Origin: an uncultured bacterium
GTDB lineage: Bacteria; Babelota; Babeliae; Babelales; Babelaceae
Length of the DNA stretch: 64,000 nt
Assembly: GCA_963713855.1 (NCBI GenBank)
Contig: OY970209.1
Span: 1,152,001-1,216,000 of the forward strand
Reading direction: 5' to 3'
Part shown: positions 29,193 to 39,466 of the stretch, piece after piece
Layout of the letters: each line of letters opens with the position of its first letter
Position numbering within the stretch: the stretch's first letter is position 1
Notes under the pieces: model-generated
What the model was told of the DNA's origin: nothing
What the model saw: the letters and a program-made list of their open reading frames with translations, nothing else
The model's database searches: none
Made by a program: the position numbers and the translations under genes

Positions 29193-30959
29193 TTACCTAA
29201 TGAAGCCGGTAATGTGCTCAATGATTTCTGAAGGTATGCCCCGTGCACCCGCTTCTTCACGAACTCTGGACGTACTTTCAAGCTGGATTCTTGCAAGCCG
29301 TGCCTGTTGGTGCCTTTGAAGAAATGTAAAGACCTCATTATAGCGGGCTTCTTGTGGTGGACTTAAAGGCGTATTTTCAAGCTTATTTTTAAGGGCGTTG
29401 CCTGCCTCAACTACATTGAGGTATGGTCGAAGAATGAGGATGCGAATAATAATATCTAAATGACCGCCCAGCGCAGCTTTGAGAAGAGCATTCTTTAAGT
29501 TTTCCTCCGAGATCGTTGCATGTGTATAGAAAAAATCAAGCAGTTCTAGCTGACCTTGCTCTGCGGACTCAACAAATAAATCACCTATCATGTCCGATGA
29601 TAGGGCCCCAAGTTCTAGGAGGGTTGTAAAAATAGGTAAGCTTCCCCAAATAACCGCGTTGCGTATGAGTGATTGGAGGGCCAGTGGTGAAATTTTACCT
29701 GTTTTATAGAGAAATCGTAAGGTATCGAGCGAGTTAGTGCGCGCTGCAAGATGCATCGCCACGCCAAGAATGTTATTTTCAGGATTCCAGCTACTGTAAA
29801 AATACGAAAGAATTTCATCATGCCCTAATTGCGAAGCTCGGATAACTGCAACGTCTCTAGTTTGCTGGCTAATAATGCTTCCAAAGTTATCAACTATAAA
29901 TGCTACAATGTGCATATTTCCACGGCCAAGTGCAAAAAGTAAGTATTCTTGCATTTGTAATTGATCTATTGGCTGACCAAGTTTGCTTAATTCTTTAAAT
30001 ACGGTATCATTATCCCTCACCACGAGAGCTTTTATGATAGGGTTTTCAAACAGCGTACTTGTATTAATGATTCCTACGATGTACTCTCTGTTTTCTTCGC
30101 TGAGCGTATTCAAGTCTGCACCAAATACAAGTAAGCGATATAACGCGGGCGAAGCTGTGGCTCTATCGATTTCGTTTGCTTGCAGCATAGCGAGTAGCCT
30201 TGCGAGTGCCGTTTTAGGAGGCTCGGGAGCTTGCGCATTAACATCGGCGCCTTGTGAAAGCAAGGTGGATAGGTTTGGCTGATCGAGATAAGCAATAGCA
30301 TAATTGAGCGCAGTGATTTTTCTGTTACTTTGGAGATTGACATAGGCACCGCTATCAGTGAGAAGATCAATCATCTGCGAATTATTCGGCACCGTTACAG
30401 CCACATGTAGAGGAGTAAATCGCACGTTTTGCGGATTAAGGTCAGTTCCCTGATCGATAAGTGATTTTAAAATTTTGAGTGCATTGTCACGATCATTCTC
30501 GGCGCGGCCATGAAAAAGCAGAATTCCAACTTCTAATGGAGTAAGCGCCGACATTTTAAGATGCTGCCACCAGGGATTTAAAAAATAACCACCGTTGTCC
30601 AATGAATTTTGAGCATCGTTATCTCTTAAGTTAGGGTCAGCTCCAAAGTTAAGAAGAAGAATCACCATGTCAGGATTATTTCCATAAACGGCTCTATGTA
30701 GGGGGGTTAAGCCATGTTCATCACGCGCGTTAACGTTTGCATCATGATGCTTGATGAGCTCGAAAGCAAGATCTATATTTCCATCAACAATTGCTTTAAA
30801 AAGCTGACCAGTAGATTGGCCACTATATCTTTTTTCTCTTTTTACTGACGAGATCGGAATTGAAGGCTCAGGAGCTTTTCTTTTTTTGTTATCATTACCC
30901 TCAACTTCATAGGTCAAAACCAACAAAGATAGAAACGCCACGAAAATAGTCATTTTCAT
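29193..30959 (-). CDS. Exported ankyrin-repeat protein with N-terminal NLS-like and C-terminal F-box-like motifs
   Basis: Signal peptide; KKRK...KREKR; GLTPLHRAV and other ankyrins; IPSEIIEHITGFI terminus. Confidence 0.85.
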   Translation of the reverse strand: MKMTIFVAFLSLLVLTYEVEGNDNKKRKAPEPSIPISSVKREKRYSGQSTGQLFKAIVDGNIDLAFELIKHHDANVNARDEHGLTPLHRAVYGNNPDMVILLLNFGADPNLRDNDAQNSLDNGGYFLNPWWQHLKMSALTPLEVGILLFHGRAENDRDNALKILKSLIDQGTDLNPQNVRFTPLHVAVTVPNNSQMIDLLTDSGAYVNLQSNRKITALNYAIAYLDQPNLSTLLSQGADVNAQAPEPPKTALARLLAMLQANEIDRATASPALYRLLVFGADLNTLSEENREYIVGIINTSTLFENPIIKALVVRDNDTVFKELSKLGQPIDQLQMQEYLLFALGRGNMHIVAFIVDNFGSIISQQTRDVAVIRASQLGHDEILSYFYSSWNPENNILGVAMHLAARTNSLDTLRFLYKTGKISPLALQSLIRNAVIWGSLPIFTTLLELGALSSDMIGDLFVESAEQGQLELLDFFYTHATISEENLKNALLKAALGGHLDIIIRILILRPYLNVVEAGNALKNKLENTPLSPPQEARYNEVFTFLQRHQQARLARIQLESTSRVREEAGARGIPSEIIEHITGFIR

Positions 30960-31054
30960 AATTACAACCTTAGAATGCTATTTAATTCAATACTAAATTA
31001 AATTATTACAAATAGTCAAGATATAATGATTAACGTTCACCGATAAGAAACTTA

Positions 31055-32443
31055 TTAAATTAAATATCTGCTACGATCGGGTGTAGGTTCAAGCGCTGCC
31101 GACTGCGTTTGATGGGCTTGTTGATCAGAAACGAGGCTGTATAAATAGAGCCAAATGTTTATGTTCCCCCACTCAAAAGCCTGCTCTGCAACCACTTGGA
31201 TAGTTTGAGCTGAAATGCGTCCCGTATTATAAAGATATTCAAGTGTGTCTAACTGACAAGCGCGAGCCGATAATACAAATGCCAACTCCATAATGTCATC
31301 AGCTATAGTAAAACTGCTATGAAAATAAGCGAGCGCTTCTTCGTTTCCTATTTGAGCAACTCGAAGAAACGCCATATTTCTTATACCTTGGCTAATTTTT
31401 CTACCAAACACCCTCAACATAAACTTTATCAATGGGATATTCCCCTGCCCTGTTGCCAAAAGAAAGTACTTTTGCAATGTTTCCTCAGTCAAGCCCGCGT
31501 TGCAAATGAGCTTTTCACAAGCTTCTCTCTGATTACCACGAATAACAGCATTAATAAAAGGGTCATTCAACAATTCCACGTTTGGTAAAGAAAGAAGCTC
31601 ATTAATTTGCGCATCGTCTAGATGAGCTCCAAAAGAAAGCAAGTCAAATAAGATTTTATTAATTTCGGGGAAGCCCAAGCGACTTTTAAGCATAAAAAGC
31701 GCTGTTGCAAGCATTGTGTGTCCGTTAATATTCGGCTCATTAACATTGGTTCCGTAAGCCAAAAGTGATGATACATTGTCAAAGTTAGCGTAAGTAATGG
31801 CTAACTGGCATGGCATTATACCCATACTGTTTTTGAGGTTAACGTAAGCACCGTGCTCTATTAGGAGGTCTATCAAGCATTTTCCAGAATAAAGGGTCGA
31901 GGCAACATGAAGAGGAGTTAACGGAACTCCTTGTGGATTAAGCTCTATTCCACTACTAATGAGGAACTTGACGATCTCAAGACGTTTTGAGCGCTCATCA
32001 GCTTTTACTGTCCTATCAAAAAGAAGTATGGCATATTCTAACGGCGTAAGTGTTCCTAGGTGTAGCCTTGCCCACCAAGGATTTCCACAGTATCCCAAAT
32101 GGGTAAGCACTTGTTGTGCCTGTAGGTCCCTGACATTCACATCTGCACCAAGACCCAGAAGCGTTATTAGCACAGGGCCATCGTTGCGTTCGATAGCAAT
32201 ATGCAATGGCGTAAATCCTTGATTGTTGCGACTATTTATATCAGCGCGCTCATGCAACACAAGCTGTGTTATGGCTTCTGCATTCCCTAGAAGGACGGCT
32301 TTAAAAAGCCTTTCTGTTGCCTGGGATCTTTCCAGTATTCCCTGGTATTCCGGTGATTCTTGTCCTTTTTCCTCCATACCAAAAAGCCCCACAAAGCTCA
32401 AGGCAAAGATAGTAAAAAGGAAATACTTATTAGTTGTTTTCAT
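31055..32443 (-). CDS. Exported ankyrin-repeat protein, tandem paralog of 29193-30959
   Basis: Signal peptide then GMEEK; GFTPLHIAI; shared NPWW insert. Confidence 0.88.
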   Translation of the reverse strand: MKTTNKYFLFTIFALSFVGLFGMEEKGQESPEYQGILERSQATERLFKAVLLGNAEAITQLVLHERADINSRNNQGFTPLHIAIERNDGPVLITLLGLGADVNVRDLQAQQVLTHLGYCGNPWWARLHLGTLTPLEYAILLFDRTVKADERSKRLEIVKFLISSGIELNPQGVPLTPLHVASTLYSGKCLIDLLIEHGAYVNLKNSMGIMPCQLAITYANFDNVSSLLAYGTNVNEPNINGHTMLATALFMLKSRLGFPEINKILFDLLSFGAHLDDAQINELLSLPNVELLNDPFINAVIRGNQREACEKLICNAGLTEETLQKYFLLATGQGNIPLIKFMLRVFGRKISQGIRNMAFLRVAQIGNEEALAYFHSSFTIADDIMELAFVLSARACQLDTLEYLYNTGRISAQTIQVVAEQAFEWGNINIWLYLYSLVSDQQAHQTQSAALEPTPDRSRYLI

Positions 32444-32729
32444 TATTTAACCAAGCTCTTAAAAGACTATATTACTATAATAGAATATTTTATAGATTTT
32501 TTAAAAAATGTGAAGCCTCTCGGCCTAGATGGCGGGCTCTACAAGCTTTCGTTCACGCGAAATGATTGATAGAGGCACATTGATTTATTCCGATTGACAT
32601 CAATACATGGCGACATGCCAAAGATGATTTTTTTTCTTTATTTTATTTTTACAAATGTTATTATGCTAAACATATATTCTTATATCAAATAACATTTTTA
32701 TAAAAGTTTTTATTACGGAGAACATATCT

Positions 32730-34589
32730 ATGAAACTACAAAACATAGGTCTATGCGTGCTTTTCTTGAGTTTAAGCGCAAACCTTAAAGCAATGGATGG
32801 AAGCTCACTTAGCCCCGCATCGCTATTTAGCTCTACACAGCCATCGTTTGCTACATTGATAAATGCAGTGCAGCGCATGTCTTCTGCAAATGTAACTAAT
32901 GACTTTCAAGAAATTGATCGCATTCTCGAGGCTGGAAATTATACCGCTCTTCAAATCAAGCAAGCCGCTGAATTGGCTTTATCGCATAACAACAACGATC
33001 TTGCTGCGCATCTCAGGGCAAAAGCCCTTGCTAAGGAGCAAGGAACTGTCCCGCCGTCCGAACCCATGCAAGTAGACCCTGCAATTCCCGTGCCGGAACA
33101 AGGAAGTCTCGATCAAGCTGAAGAGCGTAGAGACGGAGAGCCTATGACTTTTGAAGGCGAGCAAGAAAATCCTCTAATGCGCGCCGTTCGAGGAATGGGT
33201 AGTTCAATGGACGTGACCCTCATTAATCGCGTTCTTGAAGAAGGTCCATACAGTGAAGCAGCTATTGAACAGGCGGCAAACCTTGCTCTTGCAAATAATA
33301 ACGTAGCACTAGCTCAATATCTGCGCTCAAAAAAAGAGGGTAGGGAAAAGGAAAAAGGTAAAGAAAAAGAAGGTGAAGAAGAACCGAGGGGATCAGAACC
33401 GGCTGGTGTTAATGGATTGCTTCGAGCCGTAATAGCAATGAATGATACAGGTCATCCTGATTTTGCAAAGATTGAGGCTATTTTTGCAGCCGAAACCTTT
33501 AGTGATGCTCAGATTGAAGAGGCGCGAGGCTTGGCAGAGGCTTCAGGCAATTTCCTTCTTTCACAATATCTAAGCGCAAAAATGAATAGTAAAGAACGCG
33601 AAGTTCGACTACCTCTTTCAATAGATGACCGCTTTGACCGTATGATGCTAACGGCGCGTCTCATCAATTTAGCCGATGACTATCCGAAAACCGCCAAAGA
33701 GGTTGAGGCCTTAATCGCAACTCTTCCTGTAGACGATTTAGTCGAGGCTCTTCCTCATATTAATCCTGCTGCCGTTAAAATAGTCGAAGCTGGCATAAAA
33801 TTGGCTTATGAGAGTCATGGCCAAAGACATACGTTAAGCTCGAAAGAAAGAGAACGTATTATGAGAAGAGGAGATAAAAGTTTAATAGCAGCTCGTTATT
33901 TGCGGCAATTAAGTAAAAAACCTGTGTTGGAGCCTGAAGATGAAAAAAAAGTCGATGCTTTGCTTAAGGTTATTACACAAACAGATCTTCGTATAGCTCT
34001 TGTGCTGTGCATTAAAGGCCACCCAATAGTTGTTTCAAAAATGGCCCTAAAACTCCATGGTGATGATCCAAGTTGCTCAAACACTAACGCGATTGCTCAG
34101 CTCGCAAAATTAATGGAAGATCGTCTTGCAGATCTTAGTGAGTCTGGTGACCAAGCGATAAATGAGCTGAGGTCTACTATCGCAGAGATAATAGTACTAC
34201 TTAAGAAACACTCTGACACGCTTAATGATCACGGGAGTTCGATTGCTGGTCATGCAAATAGGCTTAATGATCATAAAGGAAGGCTTGATGGCCACGACAG
34301 AGATATAAGAGACAATAAGCAGAATATCAGCCGTCACGAGAACGTATTAGATTGGATCAATACACAGATTACGAGATTATACGCGGGTCATTTTGATTTG
34401 TCGATAATAGCAGCTGGGCTTGCATTACTGCTTGGTCCTGGCGCTCTAAAGGCTACTTTTACCCTATTATGCGGGGTTGCAAATCCATTGATCGCATCGC
34501 TTGGCATGGGGGCGGCCACCATCTTGACGGTGATAATGGTCATAAAATTTTATTATGAATCCACCGCGCCGAGCACAGAGAGTCCGTAA
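32730..34589 (+). CDS. Exported protein: three helical repeats, His-heptad coiled coil, C-terminal hydrophobic hairpin
   Basis: GGAG SD; signal peptide then AMDGS; three ~55-aa repeats; LNDH/IAGH/LDGH heptads; about 50-aa hydrophobic segment. Confidence 0.8.
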   Translation: MKLQNIGLCVLFLSLSANLKAMDGSSLSPASLFSSTQPSFATLINAVQRMSSANVTNDFQEIDRILEAGNYTALQIKQAAELALSHNNNDLAAHLRAKALAKEQGTVPPSEPMQVDPAIPVPEQGSLDQAEERRDGEPMTFEGEQENPLMRAVRGMGSSMDVTLINRVLEEGPYSEAAIEQAANLALANNNVALAQYLRSKKEGREKEKGKEKEGEEEPRGSEPAGVNGLLRAVIAMNDTGHPDFAKIEAIFAAETFSDAQIEEARGLAEASGNFLLSQYLSAKMNSKEREVRLPLSIDDRFDRMMLTARLINLADDYPKTAKEVEALIATLPVDDLVEALPHINPAAVKIVEAGIKLAYESHGQRHTLSSKERERIMRRGDKSLIAARYLRQLSKKPVLEPEDEKKVDALLKVITQTDLRIALVLCIKGHPIVVSKMALKLHGDDPSCSNTNAIAQLAKLMEDRLADLSESGDQAINELRSTIAEIIVLLKKHSDTLNDHGSSIAGHANRLNDHKGRLDGHDRDIRDNKQNISRHENVLDWINTQITRLYAGHFDLSIIAAGLALLLGPGALKATFTLLCGVANPLIASLGMGAATILTVIMVIKFYYESTAPSTESP

Positions 34590-34661
34590 TATTACACATT
34601 TTGGCGGAGGGGCGCATGTCTCCTCCGCCGCCAGCCAAGCAAACTTGAGTTAGGGCGTTTT

Positions 34662-35306
34662 ATGCAAAAAATAAAGATTCTAGTAAGCATCATTTTTTTA
34701 GCACTCAGCGTTCACGAATATTCGATGGGCATGGAGCGTACGGATGATCATATCGATAATTTTAGTTTAGAGGAATTATTAGAGCATCTTGACACCCTAT
34801 CAGAGCCACCGCAAGAGCCCGCGACTGTTGAAGGAAGTGCTTTTGCCCTTGCTGAGGATTTTATACAAAGCCATCTTGGCGAAAGCAATCATTTGGATGT
34901 AGGCTTTCAAAATATGCCGGAGCTTCAACTAGGCGATGCCAACGCAATAGCAGCACTCTCAGCTTGGCAGTTAAACTTCATAGTACATGCTGTGAAGCTT
35001 CTGGGTATTCTTCGCGCTCAAGGTGGCGTTGCCGTTGCAGGTGAGATAGGGGACATGATGAAAGAAACGGTTAAAAGTCTTTGTTTGAATCTCATCAATA
35101 TTCTTAAAAGTGCTATCGTGGCGATCAAAGCCGAAACGGGAAATTTTGACCCTCAAATCATCGGTCACAAGATTTTACTGAGCCTTAGCAGAGCAGGAAG
35201 TATGCTTCAAACTAGGACAGAAGACATGGTTCAAGTGATGAAGTTTGCTACCTTTATGCTCTACTCGATGGTAGAAAAAGCAAAAAGTTCTTGTACAATT
35301 TCATAG
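34662..35306 (+). CDS. Exported helical protein ending in CaaX (CTIS)
   Basis: Signal peptide then GMERT; terminus KAKSSCTIS-stop. Confidence 0.75.
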   Translation: MQKIKILVSIIFLALSVHEYSMGMERTDDHIDNFSLEELLEHLDTLSEPPQEPATVEGSAFALAEDFIQSHLGESNHLDVGFQNMPELQLGDANAIAALSAWQLNFIVHAVKLLGILRAQGGVAVAGEIGDMMKETVKSLCLNLINILKSAIVAIKAETGNFDPQIIGHKILLSLSRAGSMLQTRTEDMVQVMKFATFMLYSMVEKAKSSCTIS

Positions 35307-35383
35307 CATTATCATAAGCCATCAGCTAACAAAATTCACATCTGTTTAATTATTTAAGGCAAATCCGCTTCAGGAATACATCA

Positions 35384-36253
35384 ATGATATTTTTATTTGC
35401 TTTGCTTACACTACCTTTTACTCTCTGCTGTATGGAGGAAAGAAAGCCTATAGAGCACTTTCCAACGAGTGCTAGCAATCTTCAACTCCCAACCTTAAAT
35501 CGTGATTACAGAGATGAGGTTCGCGCAGCTATCATGCATCTTGACATAGAAACACTATGGCGCTTAAGGCGTGAACACGCAATACCGGGCCATGAATCGT
35601 CTTTTTTTAATTTTAATTACGATGATGGACAATCCCCTTTGGAAGTTGCTCTTCTGACAGGTGATATTGGTATTACGCAAGAGCTTGTAAATCTGGGTGC
35701 GGCACATATACCAAATAGCTCAACAGGGCTTTTTCCAATTCATGTCGCGATACTTTGCCACCTTAAGGAATTCGTTGTTCTTTTCGTGCATGCATTTCCG
35801 GATTCTATCGTTAGTCGAGATCGTTTTGGAAACACTCCTCTTCACGTTAATGCTCATTTTCCGGATACCATGATAGCAGAGTTTTTATTTAAGACTCGTC
35901 CCCTTCCTTCAGATGTTAATAATAATGGACAAACTCCACTCGCGCTTGCGCGGTTATGCGGCAATCCGGTACTTTCTTGGCTACTCGACGATGCGCAAGA
36001 AGAAAAATTTGGCCCCTTTATTAGTGAAGTTGACGCACTGTTCTATACGAACTTTTTGCCCGCAGGCTATTGGCGCTTGGCGCGACATACGCATAAACGA
36101 AGCAAAGAAAAAACGATCACGACAACCGAAGGTTTCCAATCTGAACGTCATTTGACACTTAGTTTAGATAGAACCACAAAGATTCAGCGAACTACGTCAG
36201 GATGCTGGTATCTTAAAGGCTGGAGGTTGGATAGATCGCGAAGGACGCAATAA
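35384..36253 (+). CDS. Exported ankyrin-repeat protein
   Basis: Short signal then MEERK; GQSPLEVA, GLFPIHVA, GNTPLHV, GQTPLALA. Confidence 0.88.
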   Translation: MIFLFALLTLPFTLCCMEERKPIEHFPTSASNLQLPTLNRDYRDEVRAAIMHLDIETLWRLRREHAIPGHESSFFNFNYDDGQSPLEVALLTGDIGITQELVNLGAAHIPNSSTGLFPIHVAILCHLKEFVVLFVHAFPDSIVSRDRFGNTPLHVNAHFPDTMIAEFLFKTRPLPSDVNNNGQTPLALARLCGNPVLSWLLDDAQEEKFGPFISEVDALFYTNFLPAGYWRLARHTHKRSKEKTITTTEGFQSERHLTLSLDRTTKIQRTTSGCWYLKGWRLDRSRRTQ

Positions 36254-36319
36254 AGTATTGCTTTTACGGTTGCAAATTATTTATGATTGAAAATAAAATG
36301 ACAATAAAAAGGAGCAGTT

Positions 36320-36646
36320 ATGATCATCAATCTGTCTAGAATAGCAGTAGTTGCCTTACTTATTAGTGGGCTAATGAGTGAGGGGGCTTCAAGGGAATAT
36401 TGTTATCGTAATAACCTTTACTACAACAGTCACACGAAACTATGTTGCCCACAGGGACAAGTTTACGCTTCAGAGTCTAAAAAATGTTGTCCTAACGAAT
36501 TATATGAAAGAGACTCGAAAACATGTAAAACACCTGTTCTGACCGCACCAGTCCAAACCAGGAGAGTTAGAAGAGGTCCCGCCCTTCTACCAAAAAGGCA
36601 TGAAAATATAGATTACGCTCTTAATAAGAAGACTGTTGAGCTTTAA
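36320..36646 (+). CDS. Small exported Cys-rich protein (CCP repeats)
   Basis: AAGGAG SD; signal peptide; Y-x5-CCP-type repeats. Confidence 0.7.
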   Translation: MIINLSRIAVVALLISGLMSEGASREYCYRNNLYYNSHTKLCCPQGQVYASESKKCCPNELYERDSKTCKTPVLTAPVQTRRVRRGPALLPKRHENIDYALNKKTVEL

Positions 36647-36741
36647 CTAAGTGCTTAATTGTAGCTCATAGAAACACTTTTTAATGCTTCATTGAGCCAC
36701 AAACTAATGGCTGCTACGTCTATAATCTGTGTGTACCTGAC

Positions 36742-37944
36742 TCAGAGCTCATCTTTTGATTTAGCAGTCTTCTTTTGTTTGTAGGTGCTTGTTTTCCAGA
36801 CCTCATTAAGATAAGCGTCAAGATCGCTAAACTTAAGAGCGCTTTCACGAAGGCAGTCATTGTAATTTTCTTTAGTAAAAAGCTTTTGTTGCTCGCCTAA
36901 GAAAGTAGCTTCAGCCTCGCCGCAAAGAAGTCCTGAGTTATACGAAACCGTAAAACCTTCTTCCTTCAGATAGTGCATGAGTCGCATATGATTCTCAGCT
37001 TCTGCATTAACAATGACCGGTGTGGATGTATCCTCAGTAAGCACTTTTTTAAGCGTCATAAATATTGGAATGAGCTTTAATGAGCTGTGCAAACTGGCAA
37101 TGAGCGCATAAACGCTCTTTCGAACCATTTCCTTTGATGAAATACGTTGCAAAAGAGTCTGAGTAAATGGGCGATTGCTGTGCACCTTAACCAGTTTTTG
37201 GAGCTCTTTCCAAAGATTTTTATGCTTTAATAATTGCTCTCTTAAAGATTCTATTTCAGACTTAGTTTTAGCACCAACTATAAGCTTATCAAGAACTTGA
37301 AGATTACGTAATATGTCCATGCACTCATTAATTGCCTCCAATATGCGATCATTTACAAGCGAGTCCTCTTGCTTTAATTGAGAACAACGACTTATTAACG
37401 ATGGCATACTCTCGAATACAGACTTCAACATAACTAGTGCCACCAATATATTTTCAAGTGTTTTACCTTGAGACTCGATCTGTACGTTATTCTCGTCTTT
37501 TAATTTGTCGGCTAAAACAAGAAAACAATTCTCTATTGCTTCTTCACTGTAGTTATTTTGAAGAACCTCCATGTAGCGTTTATTACAAAAATCTTGGTGA
37601 TTTTGCTCAACTAGACATTTACATTCATACGCTGGGCGTAAAATGGGAATAAGAGCTTCAGAAACGGCCCCTTGGATGATCCAGGTGCCACCTGCCGGCT
37701 TTACCTCTTTTTGAAAAAATTCCTCGAGTACTTTACTGTGCTTCTTGCTAATTTCTCTTAAAGGGGCGGCGTCAAAATCTAGGCTGAATGTCCAAGGACG
37801 CAAATGCCTATAGCCAAACATATAGACGCGCTGAATTTCCTCCGAAGGTAATTTTCGCTCAAGAAGTGAGATGTTTACCACCCCACAATGCGTAACGGCA
37901 AAAGAGATTATAAAAACGAAAAGGATAGTAATAAAGTATCTCAT
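36742..37944 (-). CDS. Exported hypothetical protein
   Basis: Signal peptide; 400-aa ORF; N-terminus homologous to 6827-7015. Confidence 0.75.
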   Translation of the reverse strand: MRYFITILFVFIISFAVTHCGVVNISLLERKLPSEEIQRVYMFGYRHLRPWTFSLDFDAAPLREISKKHSKVLEEFFQKEVKPAGGTWIIQGAVSEALIPILRPAYECKCLVEQNHQDFCNKRYMEVLQNNYSEEAIENCFLVLADKLKDENNVQIESQGKTLENILVALVMLKSVFESMPSLISRCSQLKQEDSLVNDRILEAINECMDILRNLQVLDKLIVGAKTKSEIESLREQLLKHKNLWKELQKLVKVHSNRPFTQTLLQRISSKEMVRKSVYALIASLHSSLKLIPIFMTLKKVLTEDTSTPVIVNAEAENHMRLMHYLKEEGFTVSYNSGLLCGEAEATFLGEQQKLFTKENYNDCLRESALKFSDLDAYLNEVWKTSTYKQKKTAKSKDEL

Positions 37945-38328
37945 GGTTTAATTTTTAACCTGCTAAATAGAAATATTTGATTTGTGAATTTAGTATTGAT
38001 ATTAAAGATAATGATACAAAATATAGATTAATTGTCAAAAAAGAAGCAGATTTTAAGCAAAGGCTAGGAACTGAATTCTTAAAGGTTTTGTTCGACTCAT
38101 CAATAAAAATATACTAAGCTTATCGTATCTTCGATCGTACGCTTAGCTATGTTTGGTTAAAACAATCATAAATGGGTATGTTCTATATAGATCAATTTCT
38201 AAAATTCTATTCAACAAGCACTCCCTTTTGACAATTTTTCTACATTATAAGATACTTGTGTGATCATGTTTTTCAAGATGTTGTTTCTATTATGAAAGTT
38301 AATATTACTATTTACTTTAGGAGTAATT

Positions 38329-39438
38329 ATGCGCAATGAGTTAAAACTGGGGCTTATATTTTTTGTTTGCAGTAGTTTTGCTGCGGCAGAAACAGCTATG
38401 GCTGCCCCTGAGATTATCAAGACACAGCTTAGCATGATCGATGTCTTACTTCATGGGCTTCGTGACACTATTGAGACGGGTAAACAGTATGTTGAGGATA
38501 CTGAGCGCTTTCAAGATAAGTTACAAGCATATTCATGTGCCGAACAATTTCTTGATAGGTTGACCTTTATAAAAAATAGAACTTTGGAGGCGATGAAGGA
38601 GTATCATACGTGCTTAAAATTGGTCAATGAAGGTGAATACTCTGAAAAAAATATACAATTTAGCGGATTTGAGCCATTTGCGATCCAGTTTGATGATGAA
38701 GAGGACTGGAATGCCCGTTATACCTCTTTTTTTAGCAAAAACAAGATAACGCTTCCTCATCCCATGGCGCTTTTAAGTAAAGCCGCAGATGATATAGGAA
38801 AATTTGCTTTTCAAGACAGAGCTGATGATAAAGCAGGCTCTCCTAGAGCGCGCTTTGTCATTTTTGTTAAAGAAGCGCTTCGTCTCATTTTAAATCGCAA
38901 TAATGATGGTGATCTAGCGTTTGAAGGCAAGCTACATAAAAAACTTGATGCCTTAGCTGCGCTTTGCAAAAACGACGCGGTTTATGAGGTTAAAGAGCCA
39001 ACTCAATCACCAGGCGAACAAATTAACAGTGAGCTATCTGATGAGCTGTTACTTGACCTAGGTCAAAAATTTACCGCTATTCTTGCAAGCGCTGGTGGTA
39101 AATTGGTTCTTCCTTTCAATGAAAAGGTAAAGATGGGTGCCGCCACTGCAAAAGTCTTATACCCTACCTATACAGGAATGCTTAAAGAGAGAGAGGAAAA
39201 AACTGGAAATTGGGTATTAACCAAAAATGATCTTGTAAAGCTTGGTGACGAAGTAATTAAAGAGATAGCAAAATTCAAAAAGCCCGGCCAGCTTGAGGAC
39301 GATTACGATGCCAAATCTGCGGCCGTGGAAGAGATGTTACTATCTATAAGAAAAATTCAAGAAAGTAAGTCTATAAAAACCGTCAAAAAAGCCGAATTTA
39401 AAGAAGCAAAACCGCTGGAAAATAGTTTCAGGTTTTAA
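38329..39438 (+). CDS. Exported helical hypothetical protein
   Basis: AGGAG SD; signal peptide; paralog of the next gene. Confidence 0.75.
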   Translation: MRNELKLGLIFFVCSSFAAAETAMAAPEIIKTQLSMIDVLLHGLRDTIETGKQYVEDTERFQDKLQAYSCAEQFLDRLTFIKNRTLEAMKEYHTCLKLVNEGEYSEKNIQFSGFEPFAIQFDDEEDWNARYTSFFSKNKITLPHPMALLSKAADDIGKFAFQDRADDKAGSPRARFVIFVKEALRLILNRNNDGDLAFEGKLHKKLDALAALCKNDAVYEVKEPTQSPGEQINSELSDELLLDLGQKFTAILASAGGKLVLPFNEKVKMGAATAKVLYPTYTGMLKEREEKTGNWVLTKNDLVKLGDEVIKEIAKFKKPGQLEDDYDAKSAAVEEMLLSIRKIQESKSIKTVKKAEFKEAKPLENSFRF

Positions 39439-39466
39439 ACGGTACAAAAACGAGCATGGAAATACT

